Source: Candidatus Nezhaarchaeales archaeon
Lineage (GTDB): Archaea; Thermoproteota; Methanomethylicia; Nezhaarchaeales; WYZ-LMO8
DNA: 64,000 bases
Direction: 5' to 3'
NCBI GenBank assembly: GCA_038887515.1
Contig: JAWAKK010000001.1
Location: 320,001-384,000 of the forward strand
A model generated the notes under the pieces. The model had not been told where the DNA came from. It saw only the letters and a program-made list of their open reading frames with translations, and did not search any database. The position numbers and the translations under genes were made by a program. This document shows positions 28,650 to 38,972 of the stretch, in pieces (position 1 is the stretch's first letter; each line of letters opens with the position of its first letter).

Positions 28650-29526
28650 CCGAATGGGGATAGCTAGGCTTAACCCTCTAATTCACCAGTTTTTTATTAT
28701 TATAATAATTGTTGCAATTAAATAATAATACTAAAAAGGGATTTGATCGGCCTTCCTCTTCAACAGATCCAAACAAATATTCATTATACTTTAAAACTCT
28801 ATACGACACCTTTGACTAAATCTTAGGTAACCATATAATAAGGCCTTCTTAAAAATAAACATTAATTGTGCTATTAAATTTAAATCATTTTAAACAAAAA
28901 TAAAAAGGCAACTATAAAATATATCATAAATATGATTTTAATAATTAAATAACTAAAACATAAAAATATACAATTTACATGATATAAACGAATTTAATGC
29001 TAAATTGTGATCAAATAAATTTATTTAAATTTTACAAATAAAATTATGATACGATTTTTAATAAAAATCATCAGCTATTTCATAAGAAATAACAATAAAC
29101 AATTTATGTTTATTAAATATATAAGAAATATTTAATTTTCGTTATAAATAAATTTTAATATGAAACTTTTAATTATCGTTTATAAAACTTCGTTTTTATA
29201 TTGCTGTTAATAGAATCTAACCATGGAATATATGTACCCAATGTTTGAGGGGAGGTCCACACAAACATAAGTCATAAACTAACTTGTTTGAACCTATTCT
29301 ATTCAAACAAGGATCTAAGAGATCCGATAGTTTTACAGGTCGTGCATTATAGTGAATTTATTGTAAGCTAATAATAGTAGTAAAATGGTTATAAGAACAT
29401 AATACTGTAATTAAAAAGCTAATATTTTTTGTTTTACATTAATTCACTTATTTAATTTTTATTGTATTGTGGAACGTTTTTATTCGATTTAATTTTTGTC
29501 TTATAGTGTTATAAGTTATATTTATT
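28650..29526. other. Very AT-rich non-coding island with many short inverted repeats
   Basis: No ORF of 60 aa or more; line 28921-28980 has 6 G+C in 60 nt; palindromes at 29053-29135 and 29241-29325. Confidence 0.8.
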
Positions 29527-30348
29527 TTACTTGATTATTTCAAATTCGCAATATGGATCTCCCTTTGCTATACATTTTGTTTCTATTGCTTTAACTTCTA
29601 TGTTGAGTATGCTAGTAAAAATGCCCGCTATTGATCCACGTACCCATTGGCTATAAGGTTTCCCGGCTCCTATGCCTTCTTCGCACTCGAAGTTGTTGTA
29701 GATTCTTATGGTGACTTCGGGCGGATTTAAGTTGACTCTTACTACCTCCAGTCTGCCAAAACCTGTACTTGTGAATAGTGGTGCTAGGACTTTGTATATT
29801 ATCTGTATTGGATCCCTTATTCCTAGCTTTTCTGCAAGCTTTCGATGCGCTTTTCCGTATTCAATACCAGCGTTGTATCCTTCATAGTAGAGGAAGGCTT
29901 CGCCGGCGCTCTTAAATTGCTTCCTTACGTCGTCTATGAACCCCTTATAGCCTGGCTTACGAACTATAATTGCTCTCTCCCCGCCCAGCATGAGGTACGT
30001 GGAAACTGTGTCTGCGACGAAACCTTCAGTTGATGGATTAATTGTTTAAACATACTTGACCCCGTCGACCTTGCTAATTTCTTTAGCAATTTCCTCGATC
30101 GAGACATCGGCATCTGTCAAGTCTACGAAAGCTAGACCCCTTATTTTCCTTGTTTCGGGAGTTATGTTATAGTGAACTGATAATGCCAAAGCCTTGTGTC
30201 TAGAAAGCACATTGGCAATTTTCTCTAAGACGCCGTGTTTCACGTATGTCTCGATAATGAAGCCGTAAATTTTTCTGTTTGGGACAACGACAAACCTTCC
30301 AATCTCTGTGACTGGGCTTTCTTCGTCTATGGTTGTCAAAATTCTCAC
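29527..30348 (-). pseudogene. ACT plus V4R domain gene split by one in-frame TAA
   Basis: ORFs 30046..30348 and 29527..29991 share a frame; the junction reads GVKYV-stop-TINPSTEGFVADTVSTYLMLGGER; V4R end ETKCIAKGDPYCEF. Confidence 0.75.
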
Positions 30349-30507
30349 CAGAAAATGTTGATATACTTTTTAACGATTGTTAAATATTAACATTTTTGGC
30401 TAAGTTACGTAAAGTCCTGAGAGCCTTAGCGCTTTAGAGAATTTATATCCATCTGTTGAGAGGTTTAGAATGTGAAAACCTAATAAGCGCTAAGCTTATT
30501 CTCTTCC

Positions 30508-31110
30508 TTGTTTAGTATGCTTGTTAAGGCTGTTGTTGTAAACTTAGATAGTGCTCTCTTAAAGGTTGACGTTAGTGAGGTGGAGAGAAGGCTTAAACAA
30601 GTACTCGGTGTTGACGGAGGCCTGAAAAGACTTATTATGGAGGCATTGAAGAGTCCGGATAAAGCCAAGCTAAATGCAGTATGCGAGATCCTAGACGCGT
30701 TTGAAGCGAAGACGGCTGAAGAAGCAGAGATAGATCAGGAGGATCTAGAAGCCTTATGCGTCTTGAAGGCCATAGGGGTTAAGCTGGCCCTCGTTACGAT
30801 GAGAGGTAGGATGAGTACAGAGAGGATTCTTGAAAGGATCGGCTTGGAAGGGGTATTTGATGTCGTCGTAACTAGAGATGAAGAATCTGAGAAGGCGCTA
30901 CAAATAGCTAGAGCATGTGGTAACCTAGGCTATCGGGCCAGCGAGACTCTTTACGTTGGGTTCAGCACGGCCGATGCAATAATTGGATTACAAGCCGGGT
31001 GTCTAGTAGCGACGCCTCATAGAGTACTTCAAGCGCTCGACAGGACAATAAAGGTAAGCTCGCTTCACCAACTTCTTAACGTCTTTATGTTCACTGCGCC
31101 GTCCCAATAA
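30508..31110 (+). CDS. HAD-like hydrolase fold with degenerate catalytic motifs
   Basis: KAVVVNLDSAL in place of DxDGT; KLALVT; YVGFSTAD in place of GDS..D. Confidence 0.7.
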   Translation: MFSMLVKAVVVNLDSALLKVDVSEVERRLKQVLGVDGGLKRLIMEALKSPDKAKLNAVCEILDAFEAKTAEEAEIDQEDLEALCVLKAIGVKLALVTMRGRMSTERILERIGLEGVFDVVVTRDEESEKALQIARACGNLGYRASETLYVGFSTADAIIGLQAGCLVATPHRVLQALDRTIKVSSLHQLLNVFMFTAPSQ

Positions 31111-31124
31111 CGTTAATTTTATTA

Positions 31125-31742
31125 TTGAAGTACGTAGCAGATCTCCCATCTACATATGGGTGGCGATGTATGGAGGCTAAGATAACTTACTTTGAGAGCG
31201 GCGGTATACAAAATACCGAGGCCACGCTTAGGCTTGCTAAAGAGAGAGCTATAGAGAGAGGTGTAAAGAACGTCGTAGTTGCATCCATTAGCGGTTTTTC
31301 CGCTGAAAAGGCTCTAGAAGTGTTCAAGGACACGGGGATAAAGTTAACTATAGTCAGCCTGAAGGGTTTTGCAGGTTTTAAAGGGCTTCCGGTGGAGCTT
31401 GAAGAAAGATTGAAAAAGATGGGCCATAACGTATGTTATGCGTCAGACATCAAGTATCAGTACCCTATGGAGGTGCAAGACGCATTTAGGAGGCTTTGTG
31501 AAGGCTTCAAAGTTTGCGTAGAAATAGTGCTCGTAGCTACCGAAGCTGGTTATGTGAAGCCGGGGGAGGAGGTTATTGCTATAGCGGGGACAGGGAAGCT
31601 AGGATACGAGAAAGGAGGCGGATTAGACACAGCCATCGTAATGGAGGCTTTGAAGAGCAGTGACCTTCTAAAGCTTGAACCACTTGTTGGCGGTAAGGAG
31701 AAGAGGAGGAAGATCAAAGAGATAATATGTAAGCCTAGATAG
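31125..31742 (+). CDS. Pyruvate kinase C-terminal-like protein (MTH1675/DUF1867 type); start probably ATG 31170
   Basis: ITYFE..G..NTEATL, VVASISG, GFKVCVEI, AIAGTG..G.DTA and EIICKPR motifs. Confidence 0.82.
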   Translation: MKYVADLPSTYGWRCMEAKITYFESGGIQNTEATLRLAKERAIERGVKNVVVASISGFSAEKALEVFKDTGIKLTIVSLKGFAGFKGLPVELEERLKKMGHNVCYASDIKYQYPMEVQDAFRRLCEGFKVCVEIVLVATEAGYVKPGEEVIAIAGTGKLGYEKGGGLDTAIVMEALKSSDLLKLEPLVGGKEKRRKIKEIICKPR

Positions 31743-32515
31743 AGGTTTACAGCTGACCCCAGCTACAAGTAAGTATCTCGCGGCCCCTTCGGAGCAGAGC
31801 CCCCCCCCCCACCCCAGAAACCAGAAAAGTTTATGGAGACCCTATGTAAACCAGCTTCTAGCACTACGTAGAGTAATACGAGCTTACTATAGCGTTTGAA
31901 CGCGAAAGACTTCCATAAATGCCATTTTAAATAAAGCCCTATTGAAAGTCGCATGCAATAACTCTTTAATTTCATTTATTTAATATCACTGTATTGCTAG
32001 GCCTTTCATTGAAGACTAACTATCAGTAAGCATACAACGTTTGATTTGCGTTAACTTTGTGAAACCATTGTATGAGCCATGGAGGAACGCCATTATATAG
32101 TATTGCTAGCAAGGTCGGCTATTATTATTTAATAATAATAAGTACGGCTTACAAGTTGTTTGCGTAGAGCCCCTAGCAGTGCAACCATATGTCCACATAA
32201 GCCATCGACCTCCTCTATAGTGCCTCTACACTGTTGACCTCGATCAATGAATGCAACCCAACCATATTAAATAATATCAATAATAGTAATAATATTAAAC
32301 TCAACCACGTCATTGTAAAAACCATAGATAATAGGTCTAGAAAAATGAAAAATCTTAAGGAAGTCTCCATAGAGTTATAGGTTTTAAATAGAACCTGCTA
32401 CTTACTCGTCGGGTACTGCTAATCGTTTTCCAGGTTGGGTTTAAAGAACACTACGTCTTATTTGATGACTTAGTTTAATATCTAATTAATTAATGCTAGC
32501 TAATCAGTGTTTAAA

Positions 32516-33526
32516 TTACTCTCGACGAAGTACTTTTATTATCTTGTTTTTCTTAATTTCTATTAGTGTTTCTCCGGATATCTCTCTTCCTTCTTTTATC
32601 GCTTGATACACGTCTTCTTCGAGGTCTAGCTCGGTGTATACACCTTTTCGGTTCAATTTTTCTCTAGCTTCTTCTACGTATGTAGTGTTATAGACTTCTG
32701 ATATTAATGGGTTTAGACATGCTACGGTTTCAGGCTTGAGAAAGAAGGTTATCGTACTTAGTGGGGTTATCTGAACTTTTCTTGATCCTCTTCTTATTTT
32801 TACTTGTCCATACGCCCCTCTGGCTGCCATTAACGTAACTCTACTAGCTTCGCTTTCTACATGCCTTAGTAATTTATCTAGATTTTCAACGTCTTCCGGA
32901 GTGATGCCTCTAGCGCCCAGGTACCCTCCATGTGCAGCCACGAGAGCTATCCTCTTTAAGATGTATCTAGGAGTGAGCTCTCCATCACTCCCAGGCGCGT
33001 GAACTGCTAGCACCCCTTTAAGGTCCTTAATTGCCGCTAGTCCTATGAAGTCTGCTAGCGGGCTCCAGAGCTCTTCTTCAAATCCTGTTGCTAGTACGTC
33101 TCCACCGACGTCTACCCCTACGACGACGTCGCATCCCAAGTATGATGTTAACTCCTCTATACCCCTCCTAACGCCTATGTAACCGGAGGCTATGTCTACT
33201 ACCCCTATAGGCTCTCCTAGAGCTCTAGATGCATTCGCTGCTTGAAATGCTACTACCCTATCTCCCCTTAGGGCTTTTGATTCCTCGGTGACGAACATTG
33301 CGTGGTCCCCGATCTTTTTGGCATTCACGATCTCGCTCATTCTTACTGGTCCGGGCACGGGATCTATAGAGAACCTCTCCCATACGACGCTTGCCACGTA
33401 GGCTTTTAGACCCAGTCGCCGGGCAGCTAAGGCTAACATCGATGCTGAAGCAACGTCTCCACCACCGCCTAAAGCTATGAAGAGCGGTTGCCTAGCCTTT
33501 CCGATCAATAGTTCCAATAGAAGCAC
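32516..33526 (-). CDS. DUF1152-like protein
   Basis: GGGGDV, WERF..DP.PGP, VDVGGDVLA.G.E..L.SPLAD and G.DGEL motifs. Confidence 0.8.
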   Translation of the reverse strand: MLLLELLIGKARQPLFIALGGGGDVASASMLALAARRLGLKAYVASVVWERFSIDPVPGPVRMSEIVNAKKIGDHAMFVTEESKALRGDRVVAFQAANASRALGEPIGVVDIASGYIGVRRGIEELTSYLGCDVVVGVDVGGDVLATGFEEELWSPLADFIGLAAIKDLKGVLAVHAPGSDGELTPRYILKRIALVAAHGGYLGARGITPEDVENLDKLLRHVESEASRVTLMAARGAYGQVKIRRGSRKVQITPLSTITFFLKPETVACLNPLISEVYNTTYVEEAREKLNRKGVYTELDLEEDVYQAIKEGREISGETLIEIKKNKIIKVLRRE

Positions 33527-33690
33527 CTCTAGCCTATTGGGTCTCAGTAAGACAGCAAGATACTATTTACTCTTTCCTTTATGCTTAAGCCCAGGGGCAT
33601 GGTTGGTCGTTGATAGTTTGAATCTTGAGTTCTTCGAGTACTTACTAAAAGCTAAAGGGGAAGTACTGTTAATACTACGTCTCGAAGCTT

Positions 33691-35034
33691 ATGAAATTTC
33701 TAGCACTATTGACCGTTTGCACCTCCTCGTTCCTCGTAGCCTCATCGCTGTCGTCAGTTAACGTTGCTGTACCATCAATAGCTGACGATTTATCTATGGA
33801 TGCTGTCACCTCAAGCTGGGTAGTTACTTCATTCACACTTGCGTCAGCAGCTTTTCTCGTTCCCCTCGGAAGAATTGCAGACATTAGAGGGAGGAGGGCG
33901 ACTTTTTTACTGGGCAACGCCCTCTTCGTCTTAGCTTCAATGCTCAGCGGTTCTTTAGCATCAAGCAGAGCACTAATCTTCTCCAGATTTGTCCAAGGGT
34001 TGGGCGGGGCAATGATATTTGCTACAGGAGTTGCGATCCTCTCGTCGACATTTGATAGGCATGAAAGGGGTAGAGCTATCGGTCTTCAGTCGGCATCGGT
34101 TTACACGGGCTTGGCCATAGGCCCATTGATCGGCGGCCTGTTAACAGAGGCACTCGGGTGGAGATCGGTCTTCTTTTTCAATGCACCCTTGGGGGCCACG
34201 GTAATCGCCCTATCCATTCCTATGTTGAAGGGTGAACAGGATGAGGCTTTGGGAGAAAAATTCGATTTTGTAGGGGCTTTACTTTATGTGGCCACTATAA
34301 TCTCAATAATGCTAGGTCTTTCGGAGTCTTCCATCATATTATCTTCTCTAGGCGTCTTCCTGCTGCTATCATTTATCTTCTGGGAGCTCAGAGCTCACTA
34401 TCCAATATTGGAGTTGAAGCTTTTTAAGAACCTAATGTTTGCGCTCTCAAATGTTGTAGCATTGTTAAATTACGCTGCAACTTACGCGGTCTCCTTAATT
34501 CTCAGCCTTTACCTACAGTATGTAAAGGGGTTAACGCCGTATCAGGCAGGCCTAGTGCTTACAGTTCAAGCAGCCTTTCAAGCAATACTTTCTCCTATAG
34601 CCGGGTCCTTGTCAGATAGGTTTGAACCTAGAGTTATCGCTTCAGCGGGTATGGGGATAGCGGCCATATGTCTCTGGTGCTTCTCCTACATAACGCCGGC
34701 AACAAGCATACTCCTAGTAACCTTAACGTTAGCTTTTCTAGGCATCGGTCTTGCCTTCTTCATTTCGCCCAATACGTACGCTATAATGAGCTCTGTCGAA
34801 AGCAAATTTTACGGTATAGCATCCGCGATGACTGCAACGATGAGGAACTTAGGCCAATCACTGAGTTTATCTATAATAGCTCTACTGCTTGCCACGTATC
34901 TGGGCAAGGGGGTTGTAGTGTCTTCGGCGAACCTTACCGAATTTATGGAGTGCATTAAAACAGCTTTTCGAGTTTTCTCAGCGCTATGTGTTGTAGGGGT
35001 AGGAGCCTCACTTGTGAGAGGGAAGTTAAGATAA
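33691..35034 (+). CDS. MFS transporter, 14-TM DHA2 type
   Basis: GRIADIRGRR, RFVQGLGGA, ERGRAIG and GWRSVFFFN motifs. Confidence 0.9.
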   Translation: MKFLALLTVCTSSFLVASSLSSVNVAVPSIADDLSMDAVTSSWVVTSFTLASAAFLVPLGRIADIRGRRATFLLGNALFVLASMLSGSLASSRALIFSRFVQGLGGAMIFATGVAILSSTFDRHERGRAIGLQSASVYTGLAIGPLIGGLLTEALGWRSVFFFNAPLGATVIALSIPMLKGEQDEALGEKFDFVGALLYVATIISIMLGLSESSIILSSLGVFLLLSFIFWELRAHYPILELKLFKNLMFALSNVVALLNYAATYAVSLILSLYLQYVKGLTPYQAGLVLTVQAAFQAILSPIAGSLSDRFEPRVIASAGMGIAAICLWCFSYITPATSILLVTLTLAFLGIGLAFFISPNTYAIMSSVESKFYGIASAMTATMRNLGQSLSLSIIALLLATYLGKGVVVSSANLTEFMECIKTAFRVFSALCVVGVGASLVRGKLR

Positions 35035-35167
35035 CTGAATAAATAAAGTAAGGAATGGCGCATAGCGCGCCAGTATTTAAAGTTTTCGCTTTGCTGAAGT
35101 ACAGCACATGATAATGTTAATTAACACGATCCTATAGACCTTGATTCAAGGATCCTAGGCCGAAGCG

Positions 35168-36148
35168 TTGGAGCTGAAGATGATTATGGACGTACTTCAG
35201 ACAATTCTGGTCTCCATCTTAAACGGAGGGGCATTTTACCTGCCAATACACATAACGATATTCGTCCTCTTACCATTAATTCTAAGGACAGCTCACGCCC
35301 GCCGTTACCGCTTAAATATTGAGCCTTCCAACGCTTACCACAATATAAGCGTAATAGTTCCAGAACACAACGAAAGCTGTAAGGTCTTCGAAGAATGTTT
35401 GAAGAGCATTGTTGAAAACGAGCCACTTGAGGTCATAGTGGTCCTCGACGACGGTAGACGCGAGATAGTTGAGATAGCTGAGAGGTATGGTGCTAAGGTT
35501 GTAGCCTTACATCGTAGAATAGGGAAGAGGAACTCCATGTTCATAGGGTGGAGAATGGCTAAGGGAGACATAGTTGTGCACGTCGACAGCGACGTAATCT
35601 TACGGAAGAATGCTTTAAAGGAAATAGTCAAACCATTTAACGACAAACTAGTCGTCTCAGTTCAGGGTAGAATTCATGTTCGTCGAGGCAAGAGCTGGCT
35701 TGCGTGGCGTCTAAGCCAATTCAGTGTGCATGCTGAAACGATAAGCCCTCCAACAATGAGAGCTTTTCTGAAGCAACAGTTGAGATGGATTAGAGGCGGG
35801 CTCAAGGCCTTCATTAATGAGATAAATAACGGCTTTATTGTTAGGGCCCCCTTCACCTACAGCTTCTTAGAAGCAAGCTACTATCTAGGCCCTATAGCCT
35901 TCCTAGCGGGCACCTTTACTACGGCAATATTGTTCGCTTCGCTCGAAAAAGTCGTGCTCATAACTATCGCCATAGCTTTACTGCTAGCTTTCATAAGTAT
36001 CGCACTTGCAAGTCGTGCTCTTAGACCATACGAGATGACTCTTGGAACATTCATTACGTCCTGTATGTTATTGAGTCTATTAACCTATCCGCTAACCTTG
36101 CTCTCACTTTTCACCATTCGTAGGCAGAGTTCCTGGCTGACCCGCTGA
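35168..36148 (+). pseudogene. GT2 processive glycosyltransferase-like gene with an apparent in-frame internal deletion
   Basis: SVIVP, VLDD, GKR, VDSD and QQLRW are present, but the segment carrying the ED/DD catalytic motif is missing. Confidence 0.6.
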
Positions 36149-36151
36149 AGT

Positions 36152-36433
36152 TCATTTAAGTAAAGTTGCACCTACGTTTTCACTCTTAACTTCAAATACT
36201 ACTATGACTCCGTCTGGGATACATTCGATGACTTCCTTGACTTCAGCATTTATTCCAGCATCTCTTAATTCTATGAGGAGGTCGTCGATGTAATCGTAGA
36301 AGCCGCACGTATAGCAGAAGGAGCCCCCAAATTTGACTACGATTTTCCCTTCTTTAACGTGAAGTACTTGAGCCTCTACTTCGGGCGCTCTATATTTGTT
36401 GTATTCCTTCACAACCTTTGCTAGGTTATCCAA
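36152..36433 (-). CDS. Small CxxC protein (NifU-C-like fold suspected)
   Basis: YNKYRAPE...VKFGGSFCYTCGFYDY. Confidence 0.7.
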   Translation of the reverse strand: MDNLAKVVKEYNKYRAPEVEAQVLHVKEGKIVVKFGGSFCYTCGFYDYIDDLLIELRDAGINAEVKEVIECIPDGVIVVFEVKSENVGATLLK

Positions 36434-36491
36434 GATCCGGGCCCCAATGTAAAAAATGGTGAAGTTAGAGAAAGCCTAACTTATGGATACT

Positions 36492-36869
36492 TTAAGTGCC
36501 CTTCCACAAGCCGTGGATATTGCAGTAAGCTCTTGCGATTAGCTTTCCAGCTTTAACGTTGAAGGTTGCTTCAGGCTTTTCGTTAGGCTTAAGATACCTC
36601 CTGTACGTTTCTTGGTCTGTTGAAAGTTCTATCCACTCTATGAAGTGCTTTTCCTCCATGGGGTGAGGAATCGAGCCTACCCTAACTTTGATAGTAGCGT
36701 CGGCTACCTCGATGACTGGAACGTGCTTCTCCTTACCTGACTCTAAGGCTTTCTCTTCGAGGAGTTGCATTGGTTGACCGCAGCAGAAGAGTTGTCCCCT
36801 ACCTTCGTGTAGCACTTCAACTATGTTCCCGCATATGTTACACTTATAAATAGCTCTAAAGATCGCCAA
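36492..36869 (-). CDS. dfx: Desulfoferrodoxin (2Fe superoxide reductase)
   Basis: YKCNICGN...[23 protein letters not shown] and YCNIHGLW motifs. Confidence 0.95.
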   Translation of the reverse strand: MAIFRAIYKCNICGNIVEVLHEGRGQLFCCGQPMQLLEEKALESGKEKHVPVIEVADATIKVRVGSIPHPMEEKHFIEWIELSTDQETYRRYLKPNEKPEATFNVKAGKLIARAYCNIHGLWKGT

Positions 36870-36875
36870 GGAAGA

Positions 36876-37541
36876 TCACGCCTGCAAGCTTTTGTAGCAG
36901 AACCACCAGTCGAAGCACTCGTACTTCTTTGACCTCTCAGAGGCAGTTTGTATGTCCGTCGGAGGCGGTATGATGACTTTATCGCCTATAAGCTCGTTGT
37001 TAGGCCAATTGGCCGGCATAGCTACCTTCTCTTTATCGACTATTTGAAGGGCCCTTACCGCTCTGAGTATTTCATCCATGTTTCTACCGAGCTCTTGCGG
37101 GTAGTAGAGTATTAATCTGATGATCCCTTCGGGATCTATCACAAAGACGGCCCTAACGGTGTTAGTACCCTTCCCAGGATGGATCATACCGAACGCTTGG
37201 GCTATCCTGCCTACATCGTCAGCTATTATTGGGAACTGGATTTCGATTCCAAGCTTCTCCTTAATCCATTCAACCCACTTTATGTGGCTAAACACTTGAT
37301 CTATGCTTAAGCCTAAGAGCTCGCAATTAAGCTTCTTAAATTCTTCATATCTCTTCTGGAAAGCTACAAATTCCGTCGTACAAACTGGCGTAAAGTCGGC
37401 CGGGTGAGAGAACAGGACTACCCACTTGCCCTTATAGTCATCAGGGAACCTTATTACCCCTTTAGTTGACTTAGCTACAAAGCTTGGAGCCTTCTCTCCT
37501 ATGAGAGGTATCCTACCAATAGCCGCTTCCATAAGTACCAC
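36876..37541 (-). CDS. Peroxiredoxin (archaeal Prx6 type)
   Basis: [29 protein letters not shown] and CFDWWFC motifs. Confidence 0.95.
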   Translation of the reverse strand: MVLMEAAIGRIPLIGEKAPSFVAKSTKGVIRFPDDYKGKWVVLFSHPADFTPVCTTEFVAFQKRYEEFKKLNCELLGLSIDQVFSHIKWVEWIKEKLGIEIQFPIIADDVGRIAQAFGMIHPGKGTNTVRAVFVIDPEGIIRLILYYPQELGRNMDEILRAVRALQIVDKEKVAMPANWPNNELIGDKVIIPPPTDIQTASERSKKYECFDWWFCYKSLQA

Positions 37542-37585
37542 CTGTCTGAGTACTATTTATAGGTAGGTGCAATACATATATATTT

Positions 37586-38008
37586 ATGGTTCGTTTTTCG
37601 AACCTAGAAATACTGAAAATATTGAGGGAGAACGCTAGAACGCCATTCTTAAGGATAGCTAGACGGCTTGGCGTTACCGAGACGGCTATTAGGAAGAGGG
37701 TTAGAAGGCTTGAAGAAGAAGGAGTTATAATACGCTACACAGTCGAGTTGGATTTTAGGAAGCTCGGTTATGAAGTTCACGCGTTCATAGGCATCGACGC
37801 AAAACCTGAGAGTTTAATAAGCGTAATTAAAGGTCTTAAGGGATTAGAGGAGATCGTAAACCTATATTCTACAAGTGGTGATCACATGCTGATAGCTGAG
37901 TGCTGGTTTAAAGATAGTAGTGAGCTTATGAATTTTATTGAAAAGATAAACTCGATGAACGGTGTTACGAGGGTCTGCCCAGCTATAGTAGTTGAAAAGG
38001 TAAAATGA
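37586..38008 (+). CDS. Lrp/AsnC transcription regulator (LrpA-like)
   Basis: ENARTPF..IA..LGVTETAIRKRV..L...GVI; SGDHML; VCPAIV. Confidence 0.9.
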   Translation: MVRFSNLEILKILRENARTPFLRIARRLGVTETAIRKRVRRLEEEGVIIRYTVELDFRKLGYEVHAFIGIDAKPESLISVIKGLKGLEEIVNLYSTSGDHMLIAECWFKDSSELMNFIEKINSMNGVTRVCPAIVVEKVK

Positions 38009-38440
38009 AGATGTTAGCACTTAAGTGAGACGTATACCTTGCTATATCTCATCGTTGCACTTCAAAACTCTTAATTAAGTTGACGCGTTTACGACTACTT
38101 TATGGCTCAATGGTGATTGTATCGTCTTACCCACCATTCGGTTTGCTCTAGATACGCTTTAGTGGTGAGTCCAGCTCGAAATAACTTCGATCCCTCTTTC
38201 TCATCCCTCTTAGCTTCTACGCTTTTAGTCTTCAATCTATCCATCGTCTATTGGTGGGCATCAACTCGACTTGACTCCTCCTTAGAAGCATCGTTCTAAA
38301 GCTAGATTTTTATGTGCAATAGCTCTAAGTTAATTTAAGACACGTATCTTATATATTGTAAAAGTGCAAATCGTATAGCCTGTGTTGAACGTAACTGTTA
38401 TATCCCGAAGTTCTTGAAGTAGATCTAGAGGAGGAAGCCT

Positions 38441-38746
38441 ATGGCTAAGGACAAGATGGTCGGCGGTGGTCTCCTAGCTCTATCGATTATAGTGGTAATA
38501 GTCTACCTGTGGCTAGTGTTTTTCCCACCCTTCAGTGGGGTGGACCTATTCGTCCTAAAGCTGACAGGAGCTGTAGCTATAGTAGTAGTTTTCGCTATAG
38601 TAGGCTGGATAGGCTACACGCTTGCAACAACTCCGCCGCCAAAACCAATAGAAGAAATCGAAAAGGAAATAGAGGAAGAGATCAAAAAACTTGAGGAATC
38701 GAAGAACACGACTGCCGAGAAACTTTCAGAGGCCGAGCCTAAGTAA
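38441..38746 (+). CDS. Archaeal 2-TM protein with an acidic coiled tail
   Basis: Two TM helices, then WIGYTLATTPPPKPIEEIEKEIEEE; GAGGAGG upstream. Confidence 0.75.
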   Translation: MAKDKMVGGGLLALSIIVVIVYLWLVFFPPFSGVDLFVLKLTGAVAIVVVFAIVGWIGYTLATTPPPKPIEEIEKEIEEEIKKLEESKNTTAEKLSEAEPK

Positions 38747-38972
38747 AGCTAATTACTTAAAAACTTCAATTTTAACAAAACGACTTTATTACTTCATTCC
38801 AACTTAAATGCCTTCTTCAAGCTTAATTCGAAAGCCGTATTATCTAGGCTATCTTTAAAAGGTTGAGTCGTCGTAAGGAGCCTCCTCTGTTACACTAGAA
38901 ACTTATAAAACAGTGTGCTGATACGGGCTAAGCTCAGTTTCAAATGTTAGCACTGATAGTCGAGGTATTGAT

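Noticed and set aside
28650-29526. Firm call of a replication origin
   Set aside because: No recognisable ORB consensus and no cdc6/orc1 gene in the window; kept only as a hypothesis.
30046-30048. Selenocysteine or pyrrolysine readthrough
   Set aside because: The stop is TAA, not TGA or TAG.
31763-31975. 70-aa ORF containing a poly-Gly run as a phase-variable gene
   Set aside because: No recognisable domain or RBS; the Gly run is simply the C tract read on the minus strand.
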